Shown here one piece after another: positions 28,267-42,245 of a DNA stretch of 64,000 bases (position 1 is its first letter; each line of letters opens with the position of its first letter). A program made the translations under genes and the position numbers. The stretch lies in the NCBI GenBank assembly GCA_963790355.1, contig CAWBOF010000003.1, positions 137,909 to 201,908 on the forward strand, in the 5' to 3' direction. The notes under the pieces were generated by a model. It saw only the letters and a program-made list of their open reading frames with translations. It ran no database searches and had not been told where the DNA came from. The stretch comes from Candidatus Acidiferrales bacterium (GTDB taxonomy: Bacteria; Acidobacteriota; Terriglobia; Acidiferrales; UBA7541).

Positions 28267-29697
28267 CTACGATCTGCCCGCGGAGGCACGGCGTTCGGCC
28301 CTTTTCGGCTCCACGCGAAATGACGGGATTTGGCCGCCTCCACTGGTTACATTAGCGAGGCTGGTGCTGCTGAGACGCGTAAGATAGCCGGCCACTTTGC
28401 CGCGAAATAGATAGGGCGCAAAATCCACGAGCATGTTCTTGAACTCCACTTTATTTCCTTTGCCGATGAAGGGGAAAGTGCCGCGCCTCATGGGGATGCG
28501 CTCCTGTACGATCCAGCGGCCCAGCTCTTTCGCCGCTTTGCCACCGGGAAGAGCTTGCTCAATGGCGTTCTCCCATTCTTTCTTTTCCACTTCCCAGCCG
28601 AGGGTTACGCCCTTGCCTCCGTACTCGTCGCTGGGCTTCATCACAAGGTTCTTTTGATTTTTGCGGATATATTCGAGCAGCTCGATAGGTTCGCCGTCAT
28701 ATTCGGTTTTCACGTCGGCGACCACGCGCGTCCACGGCACATGACGCTGAATCAAATCCCGCTCCTCGCTCGACAAATACCGCGCGTTCTTTTCGTCAGT
28801 CAGAACCGCGAAGAAGGCTTTCACGTGGGGAATCTTGCAGCGGAAGTTATTTGCGACGCAAACGGCGCCGGAAGCGTGGGCGTCCACAATCGCCTGGCAT
28901 TCCTTGGGCCGGGCGACAATGTCATTGATGAGCACGCGGCGGTACAGAAGTTCGATGGACTTGCCGTTCGCGATCAATTGCTTTCCGTCAAATTCCAATT
29001 CCCGCGGATCCGCGAGTTCGACCGGGATTCCCATGCGCTCGAAGCGGTCTTTCAAAATCTCGAACTCGCTCCAAGTGGGAACTTCTTTCCAATCGACGAT
29101 GGCCATTTGCGGCCGCTTCGATTTTCCGCCCCAGTCCACATAGGTACCGACGAGCGCATCCAGGAGTTTGGCGGACAACGGATAGCTGTGGACTTCGAAG
29201 CGCTTCTTGAATTCCTGCATTACGGGGAAGGCGAGGAAAATGTCTGAGAGCGATTCTGAATAGCCCGCGCCTGCCGGAGATTCGCCGTTGTATTCCGTAA
29301 ATTTCAAGGATTCCGGGAGCAGGAAGGCATCGAGACGCGAAGCGGCGCTCGCGGGAACGTACCCGCCGTTCAGACGCACAAGCCGTTCTTCTTCCGGGCG
29401 AAGGTGAAATTGCTGGAAGAGGGAAGTATCTTCGAGCGCGGTGCTGGTGATGCGTTCGGCAATTGCGGCGATGGTTTCCGCTACTCTCCTGACGCGTTCT
29501 TCGTCCTGGGGGGAAAGAAACACAGGCCGGAGAAAGGGGCAGTGCACGCGCTTTCCGAAAGTGAGTTTGGCCGCGCGGACCTCTTCGAGAAAAGTCTTCG
29601 CCAGATCGGGAGATTTTTTTAGGACCGGGCGCAGCAATTCGTCCCAATATTCCACAGGGTCTGGGTTCCCGGTTGCGCGTGGTTTGGCGGTTCTCAT
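28267..29697 (-). CDS. Circularly permuted ATP-grasp (type 2) amide ligase
   Basis: RLDAF, EYNGESPAG, LYRRV, VPWTR, VMKP.DEYGGKGV.LG, WIVQE, RLS....NV..GGG; start overlaps the upstream stop (ATGA). Confidence 0.85.
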   Translation of the reverse strand: MRTAKPRATGNPDPVEYWDELLRPVLKKSPDLAKTFLEEVRAAKLTFGKRVHCPFLRPVFLSPQDEERVRRVAETIAAIAERITSTALEDTSLFQQFHLRPEEERLVRLNGGYVPASAASRLDAFLLPESLKFTEYNGESPAGAGYSESLSDIFLAFPVMQEFKKRFEVHSYPLSAKLLDALVGTYVDWGGKSKRPQMAIVDWKEVPTWSEFEILKDRFERMGIPVELADPRELEFDGKQLIANGKSIELLYRRVLINDIVARPKECQAIVDAHASGAVCVANNFRCKIPHVKAFFAVLTDEKNARYLSSEERDLIQRHVPWTRVVADVKTEYDGEPIELLEYIRKNQKNLVMKPSDEYGGKGVTLGWEVEKKEWENAIEQALPGGKAAKELGRWIVQERIPMRRGTFPFIGKGNKVEFKNMLVDFAPYLFRGKVAGYLTRLSSTSLANVTSGGGQIPSFRVEPKRAERRASAGRS

Positions 29698-30713
29698 CGG
29701 TGGAGCGTTGCCGAAGGAGCCGAAGGAGCTGCCTGGGCGCTTTGCACGGTGCGTGGCGCCCCCGTGAAGCCTGCCGGAGCTCCGATGCCGAGCATCTCTT
29801 CCCAACGCGGCCAGGTGTTCGCGGCGTTGCCATGCAGCGCACGGTCAATGACCAAGCGGGCCATCTTCTCTACCACATGCTCAAAATAAAATTCGGTGAT
29901 GCGATCGCGTTCGAAATCTGGCGCAGGATTCAGGAAATCGATGGCGTAAGGCACACCATCCTTCACCGCAAACTCGATGGTGTTCATTTCGTAGCCAATT
30001 GCGAGGTTTATGGTTTGTGCGTCCTTCACGACTCGCGCACCGAGTTCGGGCTTCAAGTAATTATGTTCGACCAGGTAGCGGCGCTCCTTGGGATCGTAGG
30101 CGACAGGGAGAATATCGGTTTTGCCGAACGTGAAACAGCGCACATATTGTTCGAAATCGATGAACTCCTGCAAGGTCATGCAATATGGCGCCGTCTGGTC
30201 GTAGGCTTGCAGCAGTTCCTCTTCATTGTTCACTTTGTAGACGTGCTTCCAACCACCGCCCGAATACGGCTTCAGAATCGCCGGCCGGCCGACGTAATCG
30301 AGCAACGCTACCCAATCGACGGGATATTTCAGATTGCGGAGGGATTCCGAATTTATATCCACGTCCGAGGGATATCCCTTCTGCGGAAGCAGCACGGTTT
30401 TCGGAATCGCCAGTCCCAGCTTGGAGGCAACCGCGTAGTTGAAATATTTGTCGTCCGCAGTCCACCAGAAAGGATTGTTGATGACGTAGCTTCCCTGGAG
30501 CACGGCATGCTTCAGGTAGCCACGGTAATATTCCACTTCGTGGGAAATGCGGTCCACGATGACGCGGTATTCTGCGGGTTCGCCCATTTTCGTTCCGCCG
30601 AGTTTTACGAATTCAGCGGTAATGCCGTCTTTCTGGCCGAGTTTGTTTACATGTGCAAGAAATGCCGGAGGAAAACTGAATTCCCGCCCGCACAACAGCC
30701 CCACTTTCACCAT
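29694..30713 (-). CDS. ATP-grasp (RimK/GshB-like) ligase
   Basis: IVDRISH, VINNPFWW.ADDKYF, IPKTVLLP, LKPYSGGGWK.V, LQEFI, IDFLNPAPD. Confidence 0.85.
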   Translation of the reverse strand: MVKVGLLCGREFSFPPAFLAHVNKLGQKDGITAEFVKLGGTKMGEPAEYRVIVDRISHEVEYYRGYLKHAVLQGSYVINNPFWWTADDKYFNYAVASKLGLAIPKTVLLPQKGYPSDVDINSESLRNLKYPVDWVALLDYVGRPAILKPYSGGGWKHVYKVNNEEELLQAYDQTAPYCMTLQEFIDFEQYVRCFTFGKTDILPVAYDPKERRYLVEHNYLKPELGARVVKDAQTINLAIGYEMNTIEFAVKDGVPYAIDFLNPAPDFERDRITEFYFEHVVEKMARLVIDRALHGNAANTWPRWEEMLGIGAPAGFTGAPRTVQSAQAAPSAPSATLHR

Positions 30714-30748
30714 GGCTTTCCTCCTCAATTCCTGGCCGCCCTCAAAAG

Positions 30749-31888
30749 TTAATGTACTGTCCCAGCCGAACTGGAACGTGTATCCATGGCACTGGCGCGA
30801 GTCTCTCTAACCAGATGCCGCACCACATCTTTTAGATCGCCGGTTTGCTGATATACGCGTATCTGACGTTCCGCGCTGGTACCTTCGTTTAAGATTGTGT
30901 GAATATATTCGACGGCGCCGCGGCTTCCTAAATCGTCGAGAACGTCGTCCACCAGCTCGAGCAATTCAGGGATTAGAGCCCGCATCGGCACTTCTTGTTC
31001 CTTGCCAAAATCGATCATCTTGCCTTCGATTCCGTAACGCGCCGCGCGCCACTTGTTTTCCTCGATCAAGGCGCGGTGATAGGTGCGCCAGCCCATGTTG
31101 CCGGTGTACAGCCGGTGCAACTTTACGACAATGGCTTGCGTGAGCGCGGCAATCGCCACGGCCTCTTCCACTTTCGTGGTGGTGTCAAACATACGGAACT
31201 CCAGCGTGCCGTAGGTCGGGTGCGGCCGCACATCCCACCAGATTTTCTTCCCGTTATCGATGCAATTCAAACGGATGAGCAGGTTCACGTATTGCTCGTA
31301 GGCGCTCCAGGAATCGAACTGCTCGGGAATTCCGGTGCGTGGAAACCTGCGGAACACGGTGGTGCGAAATGATTTCAGTCCCGTGTTTCTGCCCATCCAG
31401 AAAGGCGAACTGGTGGAGAGGGCCAGAAGGTGCGGCACGAAGTAACGCACCATATTCATGATGTCGATGGTGGTTTGCTTGTCGGGCATGGCCACATGGA
31501 TGTGCATGCCAAAGATGAGGAGGGAGCGGGCGAGTTGGCCCATTTCCTCGACGATATTCTGGTAACGCTCGCCGGGCGAAATGACCTGATCAATCCAACT
31601 GGAAAATGGGTGCGTTCCCGCGGCTGCCACTTGCAGAGCGGTGCTTTCCGCGGCGGAAACCAGTTCACTGCGGGTACGGTGCATTTCCAGGCGCAGTTCG
31701 CTGATGTTCTCGCAAATTTTCGTGCCTGTTTCGACGATGGACTGGTGCATTTCCTGCTTGACCTGATCGCCCAGCCCGCGCGAAGCCGCCGCCGAGAGCA
31801 ATTGCACCACGTGGGAGCGCAACTCCAGCGTATCCGGATCTATGATTTGGAATTCCTCTTCGACACCGATGGTGAAGCGGTGAGCCAT
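30749..31888 (-). CDS. Carboxylate-amine ligase, YbdK/GCS2 glutamate-cysteine ligase family
   Basis: FTIGVEEEFQIID, AAGTHPF, FGMHIHV, LALSTSSPFW.G..TG..S.R, FPRTG.P, WWDVRPHP.YGTLEFR. Confidence 0.92.
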   Translation of the reverse strand: MAHRFTIGVEEEFQIIDPDTLELRSHVVQLLSAAASRGLGDQVKQEMHQSIVETGTKICENISELRLEMHRTRSELVSAAESTALQVAAAGTHPFSSWIDQVISPGERYQNIVEEMGQLARSLLIFGMHIHVAMPDKQTTIDIMNMVRYFVPHLLALSTSSPFWMGRNTGLKSFRTTVFRRFPRTGIPEQFDSWSAYEQYVNLLIRLNCIDNGKKIWWDVRPHPTYGTLEFRMFDTTTKVEEAVAIAALTQAIVVKLHRLYTGNMGWRTYHRALIEENKWRAARYGIEGKMIDFGKEQEVPMRALIPELLELVDDVLDDLGSRGAVEYIHTILNEGTSAERQIRVYQQTGDLKDVVRHLVRETRASAMDTRSSSAGTVH

Positions 31889-32089
31889 GAGTGGCCCTCC
31901 GGATCGCGTGATTTCTGCTGGGGACTTCTTTGGAGGGAGTATCATACTCCGTCAGTCCATAAAACACACCTGCCTCGAGGAGCAGATCGCAGGTCAGTTT
32001 GAAAACGCACGTCCACGCGCATTCTAGTTCATACCATGGCTCAAATTGGCTCTGGACGCTCGGCCTTCGGCCTTGGCAAACTCCTTTTC

Positions 32090-33208
32090 ATGCAAATCAC
32101 CCCGTTCCGCATTGAAGAATACATGGGTAAGTACGAGTTTTCCGCGAAGTACCTGCTCTCTTCCTCCGACGCCGAATCGCAAAGCATCGGGGAGTTGCTC
32201 GCGCTCGAGCCCGGCGCGCACGAGGCGTTTCTGAAACACTGGTGCGGTTACACGGAATCACCCGGCGCGCCTTGGCTGCGCGAAGTTCTTGCAAGAATTT
32301 ACGAGCAAATTCACGCCGATCATCTTGTGGTAGTTTCCGCCGCCGAAGAAGCGATATTCCTGTTCTACCACGCGCTACTGACTTCTAGCGACCATGCGAT
32401 CGTGGAAACGCCCTGCTATGAAAGCGCACTGACCGTGCCGAGGAGTACGGGCGCTGCCGTGACCGAGTGGCGGCGCAAGCCGGACAACCGCTGGACACAT
32501 GACGTGGAAGCGCTGGAGCGCCTGATTCGGCCGAACACTCGCGCGATTTACATCAACACTCCGCACAATCCGACGGGTCTGCTGATGCCGCCGCGGGTAT
32601 TTCGCCGCGTGCTCGAACTGGCAGCGCACCACGGCATTTACGTTTTTTGCGACGAGGTATACCGCGAACTCGAACACGATCCCGCCACGCGGCTTCCGGC
32701 TGCGTGCGATTTCTACGAGCGGGCACTGAGCCTCGGATCTGTCAGCAAAACATACGGCTTGCCGGGTCTGCGGCTGGGATGGTTGGCGTGTCGCGACGGT
32801 GCATTTCTCCAAAAGCTGATTTCTCTGAAGCACTACACCACGATTTGCTCGAGCGCTCCCAGCGAATTCCTGACCGCGTTGGCGTTTCGCCATCGTCAGA
32901 AATTCATCCAACGCAATTTGCAAATCGTTCTGTGCAATTTGCGGCTGCTTTCAGCGTTCTTCACGCGGCATACGGACCTGTTTGAGTGGACGGCGCCGGA
33001 CGCAAGCACCATTGGATTTGCACGGTTCAAACCGGACGAGGATGTGCAGGCCTTCTGCGAAGAGCTGGTTCGCCGGACGGGCGTTCTATTGCTGCCCGGC
33101 AGCGTTTACGACGAACCTTGCTACATCCGCTTTGGCTACGGCCGGAAGAATATGCCGGAAGCCCTGGCAGAACTGGAAACCTGGCTGACGACGTATGCCA
33201 CAAAATGA
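32090..33208 (+). CDS. Class I/II PLP-dependent aminotransferase
   Basis: GYTESPG...LR, NTPHNPTG, DEVYR, SVSKTYGLPGLRLGW, LLPG..Y, RFGYG. Confidence 0.9.
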   Translation: MQITPFRIEEYMGKYEFSAKYLLSSSDAESQSIGELLALEPGAHEAFLKHWCGYTESPGAPWLREVLARIYEQIHADHLVVVSAAEEAIFLFYHALLTSSDHAIVETPCYESALTVPRSTGAAVTEWRRKPDNRWTHDVEALERLIRPNTRAIYINTPHNPTGLLMPPRVFRRVLELAAHHGIYVFCDEVYRELEHDPATRLPAACDFYERALSLGSVSKTYGLPGLRLGWLACRDGAFLQKLISLKHYTTICSSAPSEFLTALAFRHRQKFIQRNLQIVLCNLRLLSAFFTRHTDLFEWTAPDASTIGFARFKPDEDVQAFCEELVRRTGVLLLPGSVYDEPCYIRFGYGRKNMPEALAELETWLTTYATK

Positions 33209-33268
33209 GAAAGGGCTACCGCGGACGATAGCCCTTCTCTCGATCTGCAATTGCGAGGGCCGTGGCGG

Positions 33269-33568
33269 TTATGCTGCGCCCATCGAACGTCTTGCTTGAA
33301 AGCATTCCCTGCAGAATACGGGTCGACCTTGGGTCGGCCTGAAGGGAACGGTTGTTTCTTTGCCGCATTGCGAGCAGGTTGTTTTCGTTTCCGATCGTAC
33401 CTGTCCGCCGCCAGCAGGGCCGGATTCGGCTCTTTTAGCCTTACAAGCCTTGCAGCGCTTGGGCTCGTTCTTGAAACCTTTGTCGGCGAAGAACATCTGT
33501 TCGCCGGCAGTAAATACAAACTCGGCGCCACACTCGGAACACTTCAAGACCTTATCGTGGAATTCCAT
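33269..33568 (-). CDS. Zinc-ribbon protein (N-terminal zinc-ribbon plus CxxC-x17-CxxC domain)
   Basis: DKVLKCSECG.EFVFTAGEQ.FF..KGF.NEPKRCK.C and CSQCG....VPF.P..GRPVFCRECF. Confidence 0.9.
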   Translation of the reverse strand: MEFHDKVLKCSECGAEFVFTAGEQMFFADKGFKNEPKRCKACKAKRAESGPAGGGQVRSETKTTCSQCGKETTVPFRPTQGRPVFCRECFQARRSMGAA

Positions 33569-33778
33569 GGCCGGTTCCCCCTGGGACCCCCATCGGGGCA
33601 GTGGGGCTCCGGCCGTCTTTCACCATTGGCCTGGACTGATAACGAGACCCGAGCCCCGGGGACACCGGACACGGGTCCTTCGGGCCGGCGGGCGAAGAAC
33701 CTGAACGAATTCCCAACATCTCTGCCTGACTGGGGCCTGATCCCGGAAGTGCGGCGCCGAGCCGCGTCTCGCGCAGTG

Positions 33779-33976
33779 TTAATCCTGCTCGCGACGCTGC
33801 TTCTTGCGCAGTCGCTTCCGCGAAAGCGCTTCTTTTGCCCGGCGCTTTTCGCCGGGTTTCATGTAGAAGCTGTGCTTCTTTATTTCCTTAATTATGTCTT
33901 CCTGCTGCACTTTGCGCTTAAAGCGCCGGAGTGCATTCTCAAGAGACTCACTCTCTTGAATGATGACCTCTGCCAA
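33779..33976 (-). CDS. rpsU: 30S ribosomal protein S21
   Basis: ESLENALRRFKRKV, IKKHSFY.KPGEKRR; TTG start after GAGGTG. Confidence 0.95.
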   Translation of the reverse strand: MAEVIIQESESLENALRRFKRKVQQEDIIKEIKKHSFYMKPGEKRRAKEALSRKRLRKKQRREQD

Positions 33977-34259
33977 TTGAACTTCACCTCTATTCCGGTT
34001 CGGATTGGTTGCATGTAGCGCCTACCGTCAAACTTCAGCACTACGCCTGGATACAGTATCTCACGAGGTTGCTGGCTTCTTGTAGTCAATTCCTCCTATA
34101 CAAGTCAAGTACTCTTTATGTTATTCGAGTTGTTCGAAGGTGTGTTGCCATTTCGGATACGTATCACCGCAACGTAACTACCTTTGCTCCAGTCCTTTGG
34201 CTGCGGCTTTGGTTTTTTGACTTGCATGTGCTGATACACTTGGCTCGGGGGACGACTTT

Positions 34260-35498
34260 ATGCCCGATATGCGTGATGCGCTTGGAGTGCTGCTTGCCGG
34301 AGGGCAGGGCGAACGGCTGTGGCCGTTGACCCGTGATCGTGCGAAGCCCGCCGTGCCGTTCGGAGCGTTGTACCGCATCATCGACATCACTCTTTCCAAC
34401 TGCATTAATTCCGGCTTGCGGCGTGTGTTTACGCTCACACAGTACAAAGCGCTCAGCTTGTCCCGGCATGTGCGCGCCGGGTGGTCGCCGCTGATGGGCC
34501 TGGGCGAATTCATCGAAGTGCTTCCTCCACAGATGCGCGTTTCCCAACAGTGGTATCAGGGAACGGCCGACGCCGTGTATCAGAACATCTATTCGATTGG
34601 GAGCGAACGGTCGAAATACACGTTCATTCTTTCCGGCGACCACATTTATAAAATGAATTACTCCAAGATGCTGCAGCAACATGCCGATTCCGGCGCGGAC
34701 GTGACTGTGGCGACGCTGGAAATTCCCGCTGCCGAAGCCGCCAAGCAATTCGGAGTGATTGAGACGGACAGGGATTGGCGCATCGTTGGTTTCGAAGAGA
34801 AACCGGCCAAGCCGAAGACTTCACCGTATAAGCAGACACACTGCAACGCTTCCATGGGTGTGTACATTTTCAATACGCAGTTGCTGATTCCGATTTTGCT
34901 GGCCGATTCCGAGGATCCGAAATCGGCGCACGATTTTGGCAAGGATATCCTGCCGCGGATTCTTGCCAAACATCGCGTGTATGCCTATAACTTCATCGAC
35001 GAGAACAGCAGGGAGTCGCTTTACTGGCGCGACGTCGGAACCATCGACGCTTATTACGAGGCGAACATGGACCTGGTGAGCGTTTCGCCGGTGTTCAACC
35101 TTTACGACAAGAACTGGCCGTTGCGCACCTGGCAGCAGCAATATCCGCCGGCAAAATTCGTGTTTGCCGACGAAAACCGCAAAGGCATCGCTTTGGACTC
35201 CATCGTGGCGAGCGGTTCGATACTTTCCGGGGGGCGGGTGCAGAACTGCCTGATCGGCTACGACGTGCGCGTGAACAGCTTTTGCGAAGTGACCGCTTCG
35301 ATTATTTATAACCACGTGAACATCGGGCGGCACTCGCGAATTTGCAGGGCGATTATCGATCGCCACGTGAGCCTGCCGGAGCATACCGAGATTGGATTTG
35401 ATTTGGAAGCCGACCGCCGACGGTTCCACGTCACGCCCTCCGGCATTGTCGTTGTGGTGCGCCAAGAGTCCCTGATCGAAGAGCCCGATTCGCAGTGA
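34260..35498 (+). CDS. glgC: Glucose-1-phosphate adenylyltransferase
   Basis: LAGGQGERL.PLT..RAKPAVPFG..YRIID, WYQGTADAVYQN, LSGDHIYKM, FEEKP, SMGVYIF, DFGKDI, YWRDVGT. Confidence 0.96.
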   Translation: MPDMRDALGVLLAGGQGERLWPLTRDRAKPAVPFGALYRIIDITLSNCINSGLRRVFTLTQYKALSLSRHVRAGWSPLMGLGEFIEVLPPQMRVSQQWYQGTADAVYQNIYSIGSERSKYTFILSGDHIYKMNYSKMLQQHADSGADVTVATLEIPAAEAAKQFGVIETDRDWRIVGFEEKPAKPKTSPYKQTHCNASMGVYIFNTQLLIPILLADSEDPKSAHDFGKDILPRILAKHRVYAYNFIDENSRESLYWRDVGTIDAYYEANMDLVSVSPVFNLYDKNWPLRTWQQQYPPAKFVFADENRKGIALDSIVASGSILSGGRVQNCLIGYDVRVNSFCEVTASIIYNHVNIGRHSRICRAIIDRHVSLPEHTEIGFDLEADRRRFHVTPSGIVVVVRQESLIEEPDSQ

Positions 35499-35545
35499 CG
35501 GAGACGCCGTTGACCGTGGCGGCTTATCCAGCGTAGGCCTCGCAC

Positions 35546-39048
<3,503 letters not shown>

Positions 39049-39129
39049 TCCGTCTGCGCCGCGATTCCGCGTGGCGTGGTGACCGTAGAAGCGGCGGCTA
39101 GCCATACTCCTACAAAAACAAGACGGGCC

Positions 39130-41043
39130 TCAACTGGCGGCGCCAGTGGCCAGTTTCTTTGCTCTTCGGGTTTCCGCTAATACCAGGCGAATTTCATCAA
39201 AGGTGACTTGCTCCGGCAGGACGTCCTTGATTGGTTTCACCCATTCCAGGCCGAGCCTCAAGCAGGCCTCGCTAATCTGCAGTCGCAGCTCCGGGGCCAT
39301 CCATTTTGCCTGGAATTCCGCCTCGCCTCGTTCGACCAGATCCGCTACTAGAGCAATGACAGACGATACTTTTCGACCACGAAGCTGAGCGATCTCCTCG
39401 AACGTGTGTCCCTGCTGCAATAGTTCCCGTGTTTCCACCGAGGCGTTGGCGGGCTTGGCGCGCGAGTCTTTGCTAGCCCTTTCCCCATTTTCGAATCGCG
39501 GGAAAAGGCTCAGAATTTCCCGGCCGTACATCTCACATTTCTTTTCACCCATGCCCGAGATTTGACGAAGTTCCGGCATGGTTTTTGGCCTCTTTTGGCA
39601 CAATTGGTCGAGAACCGTGTCATGCAGCACGATAAATGCGGCGACCATTTTCTCTCGCGCAGTGATGCGCCGCCATTCACATAAGAATTCACGCAACTGT
39701 TCATCCACAGCGAAGCATGGACTGGTTTCAAACGAGATTTGCTCGATTCTGCGGGCGGGGCTCCCGGCGAAGCTGCTCTTGGCGGATACCATCCACGGAA
39801 GCAGCCCGGCGCATGTGTCGCATAGACCGCATTTTTGTCCCTTCACGCTTTCACCGAAATATTCGCAAATGTGCTTTTGGCGGCATTGCTGGGACTTCAC
39901 GAAATCCTGCATCAGGTGGTAGCGCCGCCACGCTCGTTCTTTCTCTTGGCGGTCCCCGATCTGATTTATGAAAAATCCCCGGAGGCCATTGTCTTTCTTC
40001 TCCCAGAGAAGATAGCAGTCCGCGGGTAAGCCATCGCGTCCGGCGCGACCAGTTTCCTGGTACAGCTGTTCGATGCTGTCCGGTAACCCCAGGCGGACGA
40101 CAGCGCGAACATTGGGTTTGTTGATGCCAAGTCCAAAGGCGATGGTGCCGACCAACACAGGGGCTTCTTCCGTCATCCACTTTTCCTGATTTGCGCTGCG
40201 GGTGGCGGCGTTCATTTGGCCGTGATAGCCGACGGCGGCGATACCGTGCTCACCAAGCAGGTCGATGACTTCTGCAACGCGGGCGATGGTGGGCGAGTAC
40301 ACGATGACATTGCCCTGTTTCACCCGACCGACAGCCTCCAGAAGAAGCTCGTCTTGCATCCGGCCTTTGCATTCCTTGACCAGGTAACGCAGGTTTTCGC
40401 GGCGGAAGCTCGAGACGGATCGTAAGGGATCCTTTAGCCGAAGCTGTTGGATGATGTCGTGGCGGACCTGCTGGGTGGCGCTGGCGGTAAATGCGGCAAT
40501 CGGCGGTTGCGGGAAAACCGCCCGCAGTTTGCTCAACTGGCGATACTCTGGCCTAAAATCGTGACCCCACTCTGAAATGCAATGTGCTTCGTCAATGGCG
40601 AAAAAGGAGACGGAAACTCTTCTTAGCCACTCCGCCGTACCATCCATTACCGCGCGTTCGGGGGAGACGTAAATCAGGCGATACCCCCCGGCGGCGGCTT
40701 TCTGCTTCACCTGATGCCGATCGGCCTCGACCACGGAACTGTTCAGGAACACAGCGGGGATGCCCATCTGGCGTAACTGCGCGACCTGATCTTGCATCAA
40801 CGCTATAAGGGGGGAGATGACCACGGCGGTCCGCTGGTCGTCGAGGACGGCCGGCAATTGGTAGCAGAGGGACTTGCCACCCCCTGTGGGCATCACTACG
40901 CACACATCGCGGCCTGCTGCCAGTCCGCGCACGATCTCTTCCTGGCGCGGCCGGAAACCGTCATAGCCCCAGTACTGCTTGAGGACAGTGGAAAACCGAT
41001 CTGGAGCCGCCGCTTGCTTGGCCGCGGCTGGAGCAGACATCAT
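39130..41043 (-). CDS. recQ: RecQ family ATP-dependent DNA helicase (HRDC plus C-terminal HTH)
   Basis: MPTGGGKSLCYQLP, DEAHCISEWGHDFRPEY, TASAT, QETGRAGRDG, Zn-binding C..CD.C, HRDC-like AFIVLHD..L; start uncertain. Confidence 0.92.
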   Translation of the reverse strand: MMSAPAAAKQAAAPDRFSTVLKQYWGYDGFRPRQEEIVRGLAAGRDVCVVMPTGGGKSLCYQLPAVLDDQRTAVVISPLIALMQDQVAQLRQMGIPAVFLNSSVVEADRHQVKQKAAAGGYRLIYVSPERAVMDGTAEWLRRVSVSFFAIDEAHCISEWGHDFRPEYRQLSKLRAVFPQPPIAAFTASATQQVRHDIIQQLRLKDPLRSVSSFRRENLRYLVKECKGRMQDELLLEAVGRVKQGNVIVYSPTIARVAEVIDLLGEHGIAAVGYHGQMNAATRSANQEKWMTEEAPVLVGTIAFGLGINKPNVRAVVRLGLPDSIEQLYQETGRAGRDGLPADCYLLWEKKDNGLRGFFINQIGDRQEKERAWRRYHLMQDFVKSQQCRQKHICEYFGESVKGQKCGLCDTCAGLLPWMVSAKSSFAGSPARRIEQISFETSPCFAVDEQLREFLCEWRRITAREKMVAAFIVLHDTVLDQLCQKRPKTMPELRQISGMGEKKCEMYGREILSLFPRFENGERASKDSRAKPANASVETRELLQQGHTFEEIAQLRGRKVSSVIALVADLVERGEAEFQAKWMAPELRLQISEACLRLGLEWVKPIKDVLPEQVTFDEIRLVLAETRRAKKLATGAAS

Positions 41044-41352
41044 TGACCTCTCCCGGAGGGATGGATAGAGGAAAGCACCCGTTGACATCTTCGCCTTAGC
41101 TTCGCCCCTCCGTCAAGTATGAATTTGCTGAATTGTCTTCCTGGTTATCCACAATTCCACAGCCCCCCTGTGTATAAGTGCACGCGGCCCACATCAATGC
41201 CCGTGAGAGTTCGATAGCTATGCGGACGGCGGGAGAGGAATTCGGCGTTAAAAGGCGCGTTTTGTGGGCTTTCGGTGCATCGAACTGAAATGCAAGAAAC
41301 TGTCCCGGTCCTGGCGAAAACTCCATCCGATCATCAAGGAGAAGACAAACAG

Positions 41353-42225
41353 ATGTTTGCTATCACAGGAATCACTGGGAACGTCGGCAGGGAAGTGGCG
41401 CGACATTTACTGGGGGCGAAAAAGCCTGTACGCGCGGTGGTACGGGACGTGGCCAAAGGCAGGGAGTGGGCCGCGCGCGGTTGCGAAGCTGCGACGGCGG
41501 ACATCAACGATGGGGCAGCCTTGACGGCCGCGTTTTGCGGGGCAGAGGCCGTGTTTGTGCTGGTCCCTCCGTGCTTCGATCCCGCGCCGGATTTTCGCGA
41601 GGCGCGGACAATAACGGCGACACTGAGTTCGGCGTTGGAGGAGGCGCGTCCGGGTCGAGTGGTGTACTTGTCGATCATCGGCGCGCAGGTAACCCGGCCA
41701 AATTTGTTGACGCAACACACGATCATTGAGGAGGCGCTCCGGAAGTTGACCGTGCCCATTACGTTCTTGCGGCCTGGATGGTTCATGGAAAATTCCAGCT
41801 GGGACGTAGAGCCGGCGACCAATACCGGATTGATTGCAAGTTTCCTGCAGCCACTCGACAAGTCAGTGCCCATGGTTGCCACCGCCGACATTGGAAGAAC
41901 GGCCGCCGAACTACTGCAGGAAACGTGGCAGGGCCACCGCACTGTGGAGCTCGAAGCGGCCCATCGCATTACGCCACTGGAGATTGCGGAAACATTTTCA
42001 AAATTGCTCGGACGCTCCGTGAAAGTGGAAGGGGTGCCGCGGGAGACTTGGGAATCTTTCTTCAAGTCCCAGGGGATGAAAAACCCGACGCCGCGCATTC
42101 GGATGCTGGATGGCTTCAATGAAGGGTGGATCGAGTTTGAGGGTGGGGAGAGAGCCTCTCGAAAAGGAACTGTTGAACTGGAAACTGTGCTGCGCGGGCT
42201 GATTGAGCGACCGAGCAAAGCGTAA
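41353..42225 (+). CDS. NmrA-family NAD(P)-binding protein
   Basis: ITGITGNVG Rossmann motif, VYLS.IGA, LRPGWFMEN, VATADIG. Confidence 0.88.
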   Translation: MFAITGITGNVGREVARHLLGAKKPVRAVVRDVAKGREWAARGCEAATADINDGAALTAAFCGAEAVFVLVPPCFDPAPDFREARTITATLSSALEEARPGRVVYLSIIGAQVTRPNLLTQHTIIEEALRKLTVPITFLRPGWFMENSSWDVEPATNTGLIASFLQPLDKSVPMVATADIGRTAAELLQETWQGHRTVELEAAHRITPLEIAETFSKLLGRSVKVEGVPRETWESFFKSQGMKNPTPRIRMLDGFNEGWIEFEGGERASRKGTVELETVLRGLIERPSKA

Positions 42226-42245
42226 GATCACGGCGCGCGGTGCAA

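Noticed and set aside
33251-34018. 255-aa plus-strand ORF
   Set aside because: Antisense to rpsU and the zinc-ribbon gene, with no recognisable protein features.
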